64,000 nucleotides of DNA from Hormiphora californensis (taxonomy: Eukaryota; Animalia; Ctenophora): positions 7,254,001 to 7,318,000 of the forward strand of contig CM035352.1 in assembly GCA_020137815.1 (NCBI GenBank), read 5' to 3'. A program made the translations under genes and the position numbers. Shown one piece after another: positions 25,633-39,196 of the stretch (position 1 is its first letter; each line of letters opens with the position of its first letter). The notes below the pieces were generated by a model, which made no database searches, had not been told where the DNA came from, and worked only from the letters and a program-made list of their open reading frames with translations.

Positions 25633-28600
25633 ACAGATTCAGGTTTTCACTTCAATATCACCTTATAAAGTTTTCTGGCCTGGCCCCTTGATGCCAAACA
25701 ACGAAGAAGGTTTCAACATACCATATCCTGTACACCCGATCGCCAACTGAAAGAGTTTTTATCAAAGTATGCATCCAGGAGCATTTGTATACACTTTAGA
25801 TAGAAGCCTGTACCGGTATACCCTGCATCAGTGATCTACTGGTGGATGGCAACCAGACTACCAACAAGTGAGGGTTTATCGGTTATTAATAAACCACTGA
25901 GAGTAACCACCTCCAGTAACGCAACATTACCACTAACCGCTTCAAATTGACATAATCCATTCAGACTCTTCCATCCAGCACGAACCCCCAGGTGGAGGGT
26001 CTGTGTACATGCTGCACTATAATTTCGGACCATCTTATCATCATTAATCAGGAATAATAAATTTATCGAACTAGAAATATATAGTGCAAATTATTGAAGT
26101 GTTATCATACTGCATTAGACAACAACGGCAGAATGAAGTTACTTCGTGGTAGTAGGACATCCGAAGTGATCCGATGTGTACCTCGGCAGTTGCTAAAGCC
26201 ACAATCGTGGCCAGCTGCAAAGTTCCGGCAGAGTGTGTTGTCAGACATGACCTATAAATTCAGGTACAAGGATAGTTAACAGAATCTAATATAGTTCGCG
26301 GGGAAAATCCCAATCCTCCCATTCTTTCGGCCCTCCCACCAATCGTCCCTTGTCTAAGATGTAGATTGCCCCGTTTTCAATGTATAATATATTCCAGGTA
26401 AAAAAGCCAATTGTTGTGTTATCAGTCCCTCCGTGACATCGTACATTTCTATATATTTAAACTAAATTGTAATTTTATCCCACTTTTGAGCACTGCGGCT
26501 TTCATATTACACATGTGTAAAGTGAGCGTGGTGACACCGGTTTTCCTGGTCATTCTTCCATCTCTATCTCTTGTTGATGATGAAAATTGACTGGTAGGAT
26601 ACCAGTGGGTTATATCGTAGATATCTTATCGGATAGAACATGCACGGTTTTTTTACTTACGCTCAGCAGGTGAGAACATGTTTGTGACTGGAGAGAAGGA
26701 CCTGCGACTCCTTTGCCATTTAGATTGTTGTTTGGTAGGAGTTTGATTGCCACTTTTATGCCATCTGTGGTGAGGAATTTTGGGAGAAATTCCTCCCCCG
26801 TGTCCGTATAGGTGGGATACTTTTATGCCATCTGTGGTGAGGAATTTTGGGAGAAATTCCTCCCCCGTGTCCGGATCCACCTGAACCACTTTGCACTGGA
26901 AATATAATTTGATTAATCGATTTTTTGAGACTTCAATGAACAGAACCGTTTAAACCAGATTGATATATTACTCACCCATTCCTTGAGTAACGAGTACAAG
27001 CGGTTAAACTCGGTTTTTTTTGTTGTTCCTTAACAGTTGACAATTTACGGTGTTCTACCCACCCTTCTATTGTCAGAAGTGGCAGCAGAACATCCGAAGT
27101 GATCCGATGTGTACCTCGGCAGTTTGTGAAGCCATAATCGTGTCCAGCTGCAAAGTTCCGGCAGAGTGTGTTGTCAGACATGACCTATAAATTCAGGTAC
27201 AAGGATAGTTAACAGAATCTAATATAGCGGGGAAAATCCCAATCCTCCCATTCTTTCAGCCCTCCCGCCAATCGTCCCTTGTCTAAGATTTAGATTGCCG
27301 CGTTTTCAATGTATAATATGTTCCAGGTAAAAAAGCCAATTGTTGTGTTATCAGTCCCTCCGTGGCATCGTTCACGCATCTTTATATATTTTAAACTAAA
27401 TTGTAATTTTATCCCACTTTTGAGCAATGCGGCTTTCATATTACACATGTGTAAAGTAAGCGTGGTGACACTGGTCTGCAGCGCATGTGTATTTTCCTGG
27501 AATCTCTAAACACCGGTTCAGGTTCTCCAGCCCCTGCGCAAGGGTCACCGCATCCACATTTGTCCGCCTGCCATGATATCTGCCTAGCCGGACATAGGCA
27601 AAAGCGGTACACTGATCACTTGTGAAAAACCAGGGTACAAACAACTGATCCGGGAAGTATCGTTTGAGGGTACATACATACAAGATAAAACCATCGCAAC
27701 AACAGATCAAATCTTTGTACGTCTATTATAAAGTTTTCTGGCCTGGCCCCTGGTGCCAAACAACGAAGAAGGTTTTAACATACCAAATCCTGTACACCCG
27801 ATCGCCAACTGAAAGAGTTTTTATCAAAGTATGCATCCAGGAGCATTTGTGTACACTTTAGATAGAAGCCTGTATACCCTGCATCGGTGATCTACTGGTG
27901 GATGGCAACCAGACTACCAACAAGTGAGAGTTTGTCGGTTATTAATAAACCACTGAGAGTAACCACCTCCAGTAACGCAACATTACCACTAACCGCTTCA
28001 AAGACATAATCCATTCAGATATAACCAACTCTTCCATCCAGCACGAACCCCCAGGTGGAGGGTCTGTGTACATGCTGCACTATTTCGGACCATCTTATCA
28101 TCATTATTCAGAAATGATAAATTTATCGAACTAGAAATATATAGTACAAATTATTGAAGTGTAATCATACTGCATTAGACAACAATGGCAGAATGAAGTT
28201 ACTTCTGGTAGTAGGACTTCAGAAGTTATTCCGTTTTTCTTTGTTGTTCCTTAACAGTTGACAATTTACGGTGTTCTACCCACCCTTCTATTGTCAGAAG
28301 TGGCAGGAGGACATCAGAAGTTATTCGGTGAGTTCCTCGGCAGTTTGTGAAGCCACAATCGTGGCCAGCTGCAAAGTTCCGGCAGAGAGTGTTGTCAGAC
28401 ATGACCTATAAATTCAGGTACAAGGATAATTAAGATATATTTTAGATTTAGATTGCCGCTGGTTCAGGCAGAGAGAACAATTATTGTCAAGCAGAAATAG
28501 AGTTCCATATTATATATCAGTCCAAGAAACGTTTCATGGCCACGAGGCAGTCATGCATGATGCCGGGATGGACACGTGGCATCAGTATTCAGTATACTCA

Positions 28601-29862
28601 GTTTTCTTTAGTTCTGGGCATCTATGTATACATTTAACGTTTATCCTTACTGCCAAACACCTTTTATTGCATGGGTAACTATCCTTTCCAATTTGTGCAT
28701 GGCCATTCTTAATGGTGCTACATTTGATAGTTGACACACTGTTTCCTTCGTTCACGCACTGAACCACTGCCCATGTATTGTGTCTCCCTATTAAAATGGA
28801 ATTATTTTCAATTAAATGTATAATATGTACTAGGTAAAAAAGCCAATTGTTGTGTTATCAGTCCCTCCGTGACATCGTACATTTCTATATATTTAAACTA
28901 AATTGTAATTTTATCCCACTTGAGCACTGCGGCTTTCATATTACACATAACATGTAAAGTAAGCGTGGTGCAGGTGCCCCTTTCAATGAGATACTCATGC
29001 ATGTATCTTTGGGCAGCGTCTCCCTGGGCAACGTCTCTTGGCTTTTTCACACTTGTTCTTTTCTGAGAACACAAACTACCAGTCGCTACAATAATATTGC
29101 CCCAGAGATAGATATTAATAAAGGGACTCTTAGAAGTGTAAAAAGGGTAGAGGCACTGGGGTAACATGGGTACCTCACATATTCCACACCTGTTCAATAA
29201 CCAAAATATAGGTGCATAGTCATTCAATAACTCTGGTTCCGGAACAGGATCTCCGGAATCCGCAATACTGGTGTTTCCACCCTGGTCCTCTTCCATGCAG
29301 TTTGCTAAGTAAGGGGAGTAGTAACATGTGTAGTAAAAAACATTACACTGTATGTCCGGCAGAGGGCAGTGGAAGGGAACGAGTACCCATACAGATGGGG
29401 CCGGGGTACCCATAAGCATGGGCAAATGCTGGGGGTGATGGGTATCTAACGGCTAAACGGTTAGGGGCCACCGGGGGCTCTTTTAGTCCCTAGCCAGTCT
29501 TTATGCCAGTCTTATGTATGGATAGTTTATATAAATAATTTAATTCCAAGTTGACTGTGTCAATCAACCTGAAAGTTATGTGCATTACTGCTGCCACCAT
29601 CCTCTTGCTGTCCGTACAGCCCCATTTAACCATATCATCCTCGATGGAGGTGTGGACCTCATCTACGAGGGCTTTAGTATGCTGCTTTGAGAAGAAGTCT
29701 CATCTGCGAAATAGCACTTCTCTCACACCGTGGTCAGTTGATGTGTTATATTGATTACATGAACCTCATAGGATCTCTTTTATATCGTGTAATATACTGG
29801 CTTCTCTCGTGTCAGCTTTTCCATTCAATTATAATTGTAATAATTTAATATACTCATATTAA

Positions 29863-30085
29863 GCCAAAAACTAATTGAAATTAGTTGGCGGGAAAGGTGA
29901 CCCACTTACACCTTTTGCTACTGCCGGGTATCACCACGAACTCTCATTCTATCCCTCGGTATCTCAATCTCTTATTTTTCGAGGGTAACTTATTCCTACT
30001 CGTTCTATCCCTCTCTCTCTCATCCCTGTCTTCCTGTCCCTGTCTCTCTCTCTCTCTCTCTCTCTCATTCTCTCTCTCTCTCTTG

Positions 30086-30157
<72 letters not shown>

Positions 30158-30280
30158 CTATCAAACTCTCTTTCACTGTCTTATTCCATTATATTCACCT
30201 CTTATATCCCTGATCCCGGCAGCAGGCAAAGGTGTAAGTGGGTCACCTTTCCCGCCAACTAATTTCAATTAGTTTTTGGC
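29863..30280. mobile_element. MITE with ~70-bp TIRs, TTAA (or TA) TSD and internal (CT)n
   Basis: TTAA|GCCAAAAACTAATTGAAATTAGTTGGCGGGAAAGGTGACCC...GGGTCACCTTTCCCGCCAACTAATTTCAATTAGTTTTTGGC|TTAA. Confidence 0.85.
30005..30156. repeat. (CT)n microsatellite
   Basis: Direct reading. Confidence 0.95.
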
Positions 30281-31879
30281 TTAATTTAGGTCCCTTTTTG
30301 GTTTCTAATCGCAGCATGAGATTATTTCATGATGTAATATTGTCGAAATGATGCGCTATATGAGAAACGAGACGAATTTCTGTGAAAATCGTATTTTAGA
30401 CGTCGTAATGACGTCATTTGACGTAATTAGTGACGTCGTAACGACGTAATTGCATCACGATATATTTTGAATCAATACCCCAAAGGAGCTTGTAAAGTTT
30501 CATTGACCACAGTGGTCAGGAAAGGGAGTTTTTGCTCGAAAAACGTTGAATTTGCTGAATTTTTCGTCAAATTTTTGACTTTCGACGCGATTTAAGGGCT
30601 CAAAATGATAAGCTACGAAAATTCGCTATATAGTATCTGAAAGTTCAGACGATTTGCCGGTAACGATTTCTCGTCAAATCAGAAATCGGAACACGTCTTC
30701 AGGGTGCTAGAGGCGTTTGAAAAAAGTTAGTCGGTCTCGCGCAATGACGTCACTCGTGACGTCATTGCGCGCGTCATAGGTAAGATGGAGAGTCGCCACC
30801 CAGATGGGTACATGCACGAGACAATTATCTGTCGAATGCCGCTTGGTTTAAGGTCGTACGATGTCTGGTTCGTCTCAAACTGGGACCAAACGGATGGTAA
30901 CAAAGCGTCTATACATATATATATATATATATCAACCTAGTTATCCCCACACTTAATTTTCTGTTTTGGGGGTGGTGTTATAACTTTTGAACAAAAAGAG
31001 CTAGCCACTTGAAATTTTTACCATCGATAGAGGTCTACAAGAAGCTTCTAAGTACAAAATTTCAGCTTCCTAGCTCTTCCGGTTCGGGAGTTATGGCATG
31101 TCAAAAAGTGCCAAAATGGGCTAAAAGTATGAAATAACTATATATACGCTGTGAGCAAGCGGTCCGTTTTGGGGGGAAATTTTTTTCGGGGGATGGATGG
31201 GGTCACCTTTGCGCTTGCCAGCGCAGTGATCAATGAATATCTGTGCATCTCCTGTATGTAATGTGGACTTCAGCTCTCTTCATTGTCGCTCTATTTTTTG
31301 AGTATGAACTGATCGGTCGTCTTTTTTCACAGATTCAACTTTGTGGTCATACTAAGTGGTCATATTTAACTAAACAAACTAACCATCGAATAAATCAGTT
31401 TCACTCGTGTAGTCATCTCCATTTAACCACGTCATCCTCGAGAGAGGTGTGAACCTCATCAATGAGGGCTCCAGTAGGCTACTCTGAGGAGCCTCATCCG
31501 CGAAATAGCAGTTTTTCGTTAACACAATGAAACCTCTTTATCCTTCCCTGGTTTATCTTTCTATCTCGTCTCGATCGTGAGAGGCTCTAACAATTTAATT
31601 ACATTTGTAATACACGTAAAAGATGCCTTAAGGGTTAAGATCTTTTGTTGAAAGGGAGCCATTTCCTTGCTTATTACCGGTGATGGATGTTACTGGTTCT
31701 CAATTTTCTCGAGGTACAGATAAGACAAGCAAGCAAGCAAAGTAGAATTTCAGAAGTGTAATATAGCTCGTACGACCCAGTAGAAATGTTAACTGTCTGC
31801 AGAATGTTTCCTCCAACATCTTTGGCCTGATGGATATTGACAGTATCTGGTGCTATGTAACCGGAACCAATGTTAATCA

Positions 31880-32455
31880 GTCTCAGATACTGGATGATTG
31901 CTCCCCTATCCAAGATACCCCGTGAAACAAAAAACCTCATCATCAACCCACTCGTTTTCTCGTGCGATGACTGGCCGTTTCAAATGCCTGCTGGCTGCTA
32001 GGGTTGGTGTATCCTTCTATGACACCAGCCATCAATCTCAAGTTCCTGTCCAGCTCGCCAAGGATTGGAATAGTAAGAATCCAGGTTTTTCGATTAAGTG
32101 TCGTGAGGCTACGTCCTCTTGTCAGACCTGAAAGGATATGAATACAAATAATATTTAATTAGTCTACTTTATACTATATATACTAGAGGTCGGAGTACAG
32201 CTTGATTTCCGGGTACACAGCAATCTTCATCAAGTCATCATAACTTGACCTCGACACTGTCGGTGCTCGAATCACCTCGAAGAATTGCTTCGACGGTGAG
32301 AACCGCTGGCCAGTCAACGCCATAGCTGTCATAACATCAGAGTTCACCTTCTGTGTCTGCACTCTCCTGTTATTCGATTTCCCTGCTGTCTTAGTGTTCG
32401 ACCAATTATATTTTTCCTTGCATCCTGGGCATTCCATTGTCACGTGGATCCCCAT
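31880..32455 (-). pseudogene. Degenerate Kolobok-type (Mutator-like domain) DDE transposase
   Basis: CPGCKEKYNWS...VNSDVMTAMALTGQRFSPSKQFF...VSRSSYDDL...VYPEI, then an intron (~32128-32183) and QEDVASRHLIEKPGF with stops. Confidence 0.65.
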
Positions 32456-32949
32456 ACCAACATCACTGGAACATTATTTATCACGAGCCCTTCCATCTCA
32501 TGCACCATTGCAAAGCTAAACCACCGAGATTGCTCAATAGGAACGTGGTCAACTGTCTTCCCGTCATCAGTGGTGTACCCAGCCACTGCATAATGCATAT
32601 TCGTCAAAGTCGTAATCAGGAGCCCGAAGAAGTGTACTATTGAAACCTGGAGATGAAGCAGTCAGGTTCTGCTGAATGCTGATCAAGGGATTCCAGTAAA
32701 CTGTGCTGTAAGATATTAAAAGTTCAATTATGTTTATAAGACTCTTACCTAATATTTTATTATTTTTGTCTCGCTTCGAAATCTTCATGCTTCCCTTCCA
32801 TGAAAAAATTCCCTCTGGTGACCAGTCTGGTACCGCTTATTGAATGGATATAGGAATCCGCCTTCTTGTCTTCCAATAGGAATGGAACGCTTCCAATAAG
32901 TTTATGACGCCCATGGCAATGAACCACTCGCCGATAATTCAGTAATCAT

Positions 32950-33340
32950 GCTATAGAACGTTCTATCAGTTTTTCCTCTGATTTCTTTATGAACTCATTA
33001 ACCATCTCATCTGCTGCCTCGCTTGTCCTGTAGGCCGCCTTCCTTTTTCATGTCGTACCCTTTATTATTTCGGCTTTTCTCGTTTAGGCATCTTCATTCT
33101 TCATGCGCTTCATGTCCTTTTCTTACAATTCGGATGTTTAACGGATAGTATGAATACCCATTTTATTGAAGACCTGGCTGCGGAGGGCAGTATCTGTACC
33201 AACACAAAGAGCATACCAAGCTCTGTAGATTCTTGCTTTGGGTGTTAGTCCTTTAGGGTACCAAGCTTCAATGAGAAGATGTAAAGTTTTTTTAAAATAT
33301 ACCAGTTATCCCAGGCTATGTACGGAGTATGCTGGTATAT
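32950..33340. repeat. Segmental duplicate of ~42078-42620
   Basis: Near-identical sequence; a 45-bp unit present once here occurs ~4 times at 42356-42545. Confidence 0.85.
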
Positions 33341-36300
33341 CTCCTCTTCGCATCCATTTGTCAAACAGACCCAATGGGTCTGACCCATATTCGGTTACTT
33401 TTCCCAGGGGAAAACCCATTGGTGTTAGGGGTACCGGGTTTTATTCAACCCAATATAAGTTCTAAATTGTACGTACTATTATTTACTTACTAATCACGTG
33501 TGTCCTCATTCTCCTTTATTATTACAAAGTTGTGAGGGGGTTCCGTTTCCGCGCTTTCATTGACCTTGATGAGTTTCAGGCATCTTCTATTATAATCGCA
33601 CCTAGTTCCAGTGGAAATCTGAATGGGGATATAGTTACAGCGTTGGGAGATAAGAGACGAAGGTTTGAGGTCATACTAGATATTTAGCTGTAATGTGTAA
33701 GATTGAGTGTAAAGTGGTTGATGTGTGTTCATTTTTTCCAGGGTAACCCCGCATGCAGGGTACCAGCCACTATATCAGCCAAATCATACTACTTTATTCT
33801 GTATATTAACCTTTATTCTCCGTTATACATAAAAGGTATTCCTTCCTGGGAAAATTTTGTCGCGAGCAGACAACTAAATAATTACAAGTTAATAAAAAAT
33901 TGTATTATCACATTCGAGGTTTATACTAGGGGAGTATTAATTGGGACTGTTGAGACGTGTTTGATCCTGTTTAAGTGCTGTACATGAATGTGTATAATCC
34001 TTAGTAAATGGCCAGTGGATGAATGATGTTGATAATTTTAAAACGGAAGGAGTTTCGCATGGTCTGTTCACGAGCCATATCACCTTGTGCTCACGAGGAC
34101 GTTCCTCCTGTGATGCACACGGTCTACTTCTCATACGAAGTCTTTCCTGACCCCGACCTCTAGTGGGTAATGGAGTGTTTCCAGCTGCAGGTCATCTTCA
34201 AACCGCTCCTAAGTTTAATGGGTCGATGTAACGACTCCTGTTCTTACCCGATCCTCAGATGGTCCTGGACCTGGTTCTCTCGATGCTTCCATGGTTTCTG
34301 TTGACCTCACGGTTTCCGGTTCCACTCTAGGTTGTACCGATGCTGCTGCCTCTTCGTCAAGCAAGGCGTTTTCCAGATCAATTTCCGTGATCAATCCTTT
34401 CTGGTCATCATCCGGAAACGGTGGATGCTAACTGATGAGCAAACACAAAGTGGATACAAGTTCTGGGTTATCCTGTGCTGTATTTCTGGTTGCTATTTGT
34501 ATAGTAACCGTTGCAGCACGTAAGAGTCTCTCCGTGGTGACGGCCAGGGCAGAACTCCAATTAGTTGCTCAGCTGTTTCCACAACAATCGTCCTTTTTGT
34601 GGATAGTCCCAATCGGAGCGAGTTTTCTCTCCGTACTGGTACGTTGATCCCCTATTTTTCGTAAACAAATGGGTCTTTAAAGAAATCACTGACTGGTGAT
34701 CATATGCTTTTTTAACAGAGCTGGTACCTGTGTCGGTATACATACCAGTTATCCCAGGCCATGTACGGATCGTGCATATGTTGGTACAGATCTCTGTCCC
34801 TTCCATATTCCGTTTGGCATCCATTTGTCAAACAGACCCATAGTTTTGACTGCATTGCGCCAACCTAATAATCACTGTGCTGGCGTGCCTTTCCCTCTGA
34901 AAACAGTAAACTGGTTTACGAACTGGGCCTCTTGACATGTTTGTGAGCGAATTTTTTAAATAAATGGAGAGCCTTGTACTGCTCTTGCCCATTTTCCAAA
35001 ATATCTTCCAACTTTTCCCAGGGGAACACCCCATAGGTGTGAAACCCGCCCCAAAATCGCATGCCCCATTTCTCTTCAAGGTTGGGGCGAGTTAACAATT
35101 CCTGTCCTAACTCTAACTGTCTTAGACCCACTATATCAAACATATAAATGTTACCTTCAGTTAGAATTCAGTCTCCTCGTGATGTGGATAGCCATTGCAG
35201 TTTACACCGAGGAGCGTGCAGAGATTGATGATCTGAAATTTTTAAACGCAGACGGACTGTGTAAAATACTTTCCCCGGTTAATTGGGTGAAATTTTTGTA
35301 GGCTGACCCAGTTCCATTTGCTATGTGTGTGGCAGGTTAAAAACAACAAAAACAAGGTAACTATAAAAAAGAACCCAGATCAACAAATCAAGATTTGTAC
35401 AATTTAGAGCACTTCCCAATCTCTAGGTGTTGCTTCATCTGATCCATATGTTTAAAACAACCGGTGCAGTGGGTAACCATGGTAACCATCGTTCCGTGTG
35501 AACCCGACTACGGTGCCGTGTCAATTCTGGGTGAAAGGAAACCAAACTTTGTCAGCATCACTGTCTGGGAAGCTGTCAGTGTTTATCACAACCAACAGCT
35601 CTGTGAATGAAACTCGGGCGAGCTATAGGTACATACTGTCCTAGGAAAACGATTGCACTGCTTTTATCACTCGAGTTTCTTTTAGGCGGAAGTGCATTGT
35701 AGGAGACTATGATCTGGAACTACTATTGTTGTCGTCCATATTTTCACCTCCTGATTCCTCGGAGCAGTTCTTTTTCTTCCTGTACATATGCATATGTATG
35801 TGTTTCCGTCGGTGACGGAAAGTGGCAGGGCAATTACAAGGAGTGATTTGCAGTTGAGAAAGTACTCCCGGTATGGTTCTCCCACAATCTTAAACGCACA
35901 CTTATAGAACGTGCAGATTTTGATGTCAGCATTATCAATCAAGATCTTCCAACTCTCTAACCAAATATAAATACTAGAATAACTCTGCTCTATAACTCTT
36001 ATGATAATTTAATAATTAACATGTCGAACCGACGTACTTTCTATAACTTAAGGTGGAGAACAGGGGGCTTTTCTAACTTTAAATTTATAATCAAAATCAG
36101 CATAATAAAAACATTGTTTAATTATTTGCCTCCAACATGTTTTTCGTCGGTTGGCGGGGCTTGAACTGGAGAAAAAAAACGATCCTTACACTGCTGTCTC
36201 CACTTCCAGATTAAGGACATCCATGCAGCCGTAATGAATCCTCTATCTGCTTAGTTGTCAGTTTCCCATAAGGTTTCACTAGCGAGTGCTTTTGACACTC

Positions 36301-39196
36301 CGAAAGGAATTCTTCTTTCAGTTCAACTGATTTACGAACTGGGCGTATTGGACCTCTTGACATGTTTGTGAGCGATTTTTTCTTTTGTTGCTTTGAAGCA
36401 TTTTAGAGTGTCCGGAAACTTTATCAAACGCACCCGATTGCCGGCGAGACTCCAGTGGTGAAGTAGATCTTCTACGGTATGGTGGCAAAGAATCTTGTGG
36501 GGACTTTTCCCATGTATTATCAACGGCCTGAATTTTTTCCGTCGGGCTTTATACGATCATCCATGACTGCTGCACTTCTTTCAAGCTGTCGAACATGCTG
36601 TGTGCTCTCACACACCCCAAACTTTGTCAGCTGTCACAGTGGGAAGCTGTCACAACCAACAGCTCTGTGAAGGTGCTGTTGAGATGCAATGGCTTTTCGG
36701 TGCGGCTATCGACGGAGTTTTCACAATTTCAGCAGTGACGTCGATATCCCTGCTATCTTACAGGTTGTTGATGCATATGGAACACCTGAAGTTGAAGCGG
36801 GGGAATGAAACTCTTGGGCGAGCTAGGTGCATTAGAGAGACTGTCCTAGGAAAACTGCTTTTATCACTCGAGTTCCTTTTAGGTGGAAGAGCACTCAGGA
36901 GTTGCAGGGGACTATCAGCAACTACTTGCTGTTGATGATCTATTGATAGATTTTCGGGATCAAAAACGCTGGGTTCCAGATTCTTCGTAACATGTACACC
37001 ATTGTCCTCCCTTATATATCCGACACGCAAGGTCCATCACCTTTTCTTTTCGTTTCAGTGCTGTCTGATTTCCTAAGGAATGGGCAATGATTAATCAAAT
37101 GCAAATTTAAAATCGAAATTGTAATTCCTTTATATTTTTCATTCTCTCGTATTACGAGTCGTAGCAACAAAACATTACTTGTAGTTTAACACAAATAGAA
37201 CCTACATGATCTTGGAAAGATATTGGTGACCATGGGTCCGAGAAATTACGAGGAATTAAAATAACTCTGCTCTATAACTCTTTAAATAATCTGTAGATCA
37301 GAAATTGTCTTCTTGTTTCTGATCGCATGTCGTAACTATGAATTTCTCTACTGCCAAACTTTCAAATGATTGGAAAGGAGGGGTAACTTTTCCGGTGTAG
37401 GCAATTTTATTGCTCAAGCCTAAGAGCTTTACACCTCTCAATCTACTTTCGGAGGAGCACTTGATCGCAGGCGATGTCGGTATTCTCTGCTCCACGTACA
37501 ACCTGTGACAGTAGACTAAGCATCGAAAAAATACGATTAACGAAAAGTTTTCGAGCTCTTGTTCTGAGTATTCTTTAAATAATTTAATTAACTTCGAACG
37601 GACTTTCAATAACTAAAAGTGAAGAACAGGGGGCTTTTCTAACTTTAAATTTATAATCAAAATCAGGTAATAATATGTAATTGTGGAACAGGGTTTCTGT
37701 CAGCGGACAGGTGAAACTCTTTGGAACTCACTAAGCTTACTAAGGTTCAGGGGTTGCTAGAAATGAGGATATCCTATGATGATGAGGATACCGGAGAGAG
37801 GATGGATTTGGATGTGATCGATCTGGCTTGTATGAACGGTGAGTGCTGGATGTTTCAGTCCCTAAAAAATGTGGAACAGGGCATCTGTCAGCGGACAGGT
37901 GAAACTCTTTGGTACACTTAACAGACCAATGCAATCACCATGGTACCACTGCTGACATGATTCGCACTGTATTATAAACTTGTGTGGTGTTTTCTAGCTC
38001 TTGTTCCGTTCAACCTTCAGACCGTTCTTGGTGAGAATCTCCTTGATATATCCAGTACACTAATGTGTGCTCGTCCACTTGCTGCTTTGCAGGCTTCTAC
38101 AAACGTCGAGAATGTGTGTGGTGTTTTCGAGCTCTTTTTCCGAGTATTGAGCTGAGTGTTTGTATGTTCAATTAATGGTACAACATATGCTCCTAAATCA
38201 TGTGCACTTTTTTCGATTCTGTAACCTTGAAGATCTGGTGGGCAATAAGAAATGTCTTGTCGATGATCTTCTTCTTTCTCTTTTCGGCCCTTCAAATTCG
38301 TATCAATATTCACCTTTGATAATTGGTGGGAGTAGTGGTTTCGGTAGCTGCCCTGGGAGGCTCATCCCACCAGTTTCACTAGTAATGGGTAAAAGTTGAG
38401 ACGGTATAACGTCTTTACAGCCAGCTTCCACAGGTAAATTAGCCGTTATAAGTCACAGATGCTTGAGGCCCTCTACAATTAAGACCATCAGCTCAATGTT
38501 AGTTCTTGAGAGCTCTGTTGAGGTAGCTGCATCTGTTGTGTCTGGGAGGATGTCAGAAACGCTGTAGTAACTTAGTGTTTCTGCTTCCTGTTCCTCCCCG
38601 GTTGAGGCAGGGTTCCCCTCTTCTTCTGTCTCCATCATGGCGCTGGTATAATCGGGTAGACAGGTTCACGACAGCGGTAAATAAAAAGGGGGAAAGAAAT
38701 GGGAAACAATAAATCAATATCAGTCACGGATGTTGTTGTGACGTAGGTAGACATATCCTCCGAACTGATACCGTTTCCCCTTGTACTCAGGACAGGTCCA
38801 CCTCTTCCCTCCCAAAATCGTGTGGCTACCCAGTGAGTGTCAAGCACACGAATATTGTCTGATGTGAGTGACACTTTAAATAGCCTAGAGTTCCAGTCAT
38901 TAATTTCTTAGTTGAGCCATGGACCTAATTTGCGACTGTTCGTGTCCAGGCCAGTAAGAAATGTCAATCTTATCAGTTCCCAGTCTTTCGGCTCTCAAGT
39001 CACAACGGGTCGATAATTTCTTTACTAGCGGTCTCCACTGACCCGTGCCATCATTTATCAAATGTTAATGGCTTTTTAAGTACAATTCTTCCACTTTGTA
39101 AAATGTATAAATTAGATATAATAATAAGCACAAAAGCACTGTTAGTGTCCTTGTGTCGTAGTTAGCAGGGTAAATTCCAACTTTTCCTTCCTACCA

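Larger units (their letters stand above)
21700..29580 (-). repeat. Mosaic tandem duplication of spliced gene fragments, including six CCCH zinc-finger exons
   Basis: Minus-strand tttatag|VMSDNTLCRNFAAGHDCGFSNCRGTH (C-x8-C-x4-C-x3-H) at ~21.9, 23.1, 24.7, 26.2, 27.1 and 28.4 kb. Other blocks recur, e.g. 22350-22745 = 29190-29578. Confidence 0.8.

Noticed and set aside
29885-30262. LS/RE-repeat ORFs
   Set aside because: Translations of (CT)n inside a MITE.
30285-31215. Helentron/MITE assignment
   Set aside because: Looks like non-autonomous transposon sequence, but termini and TSD could not be fixed.
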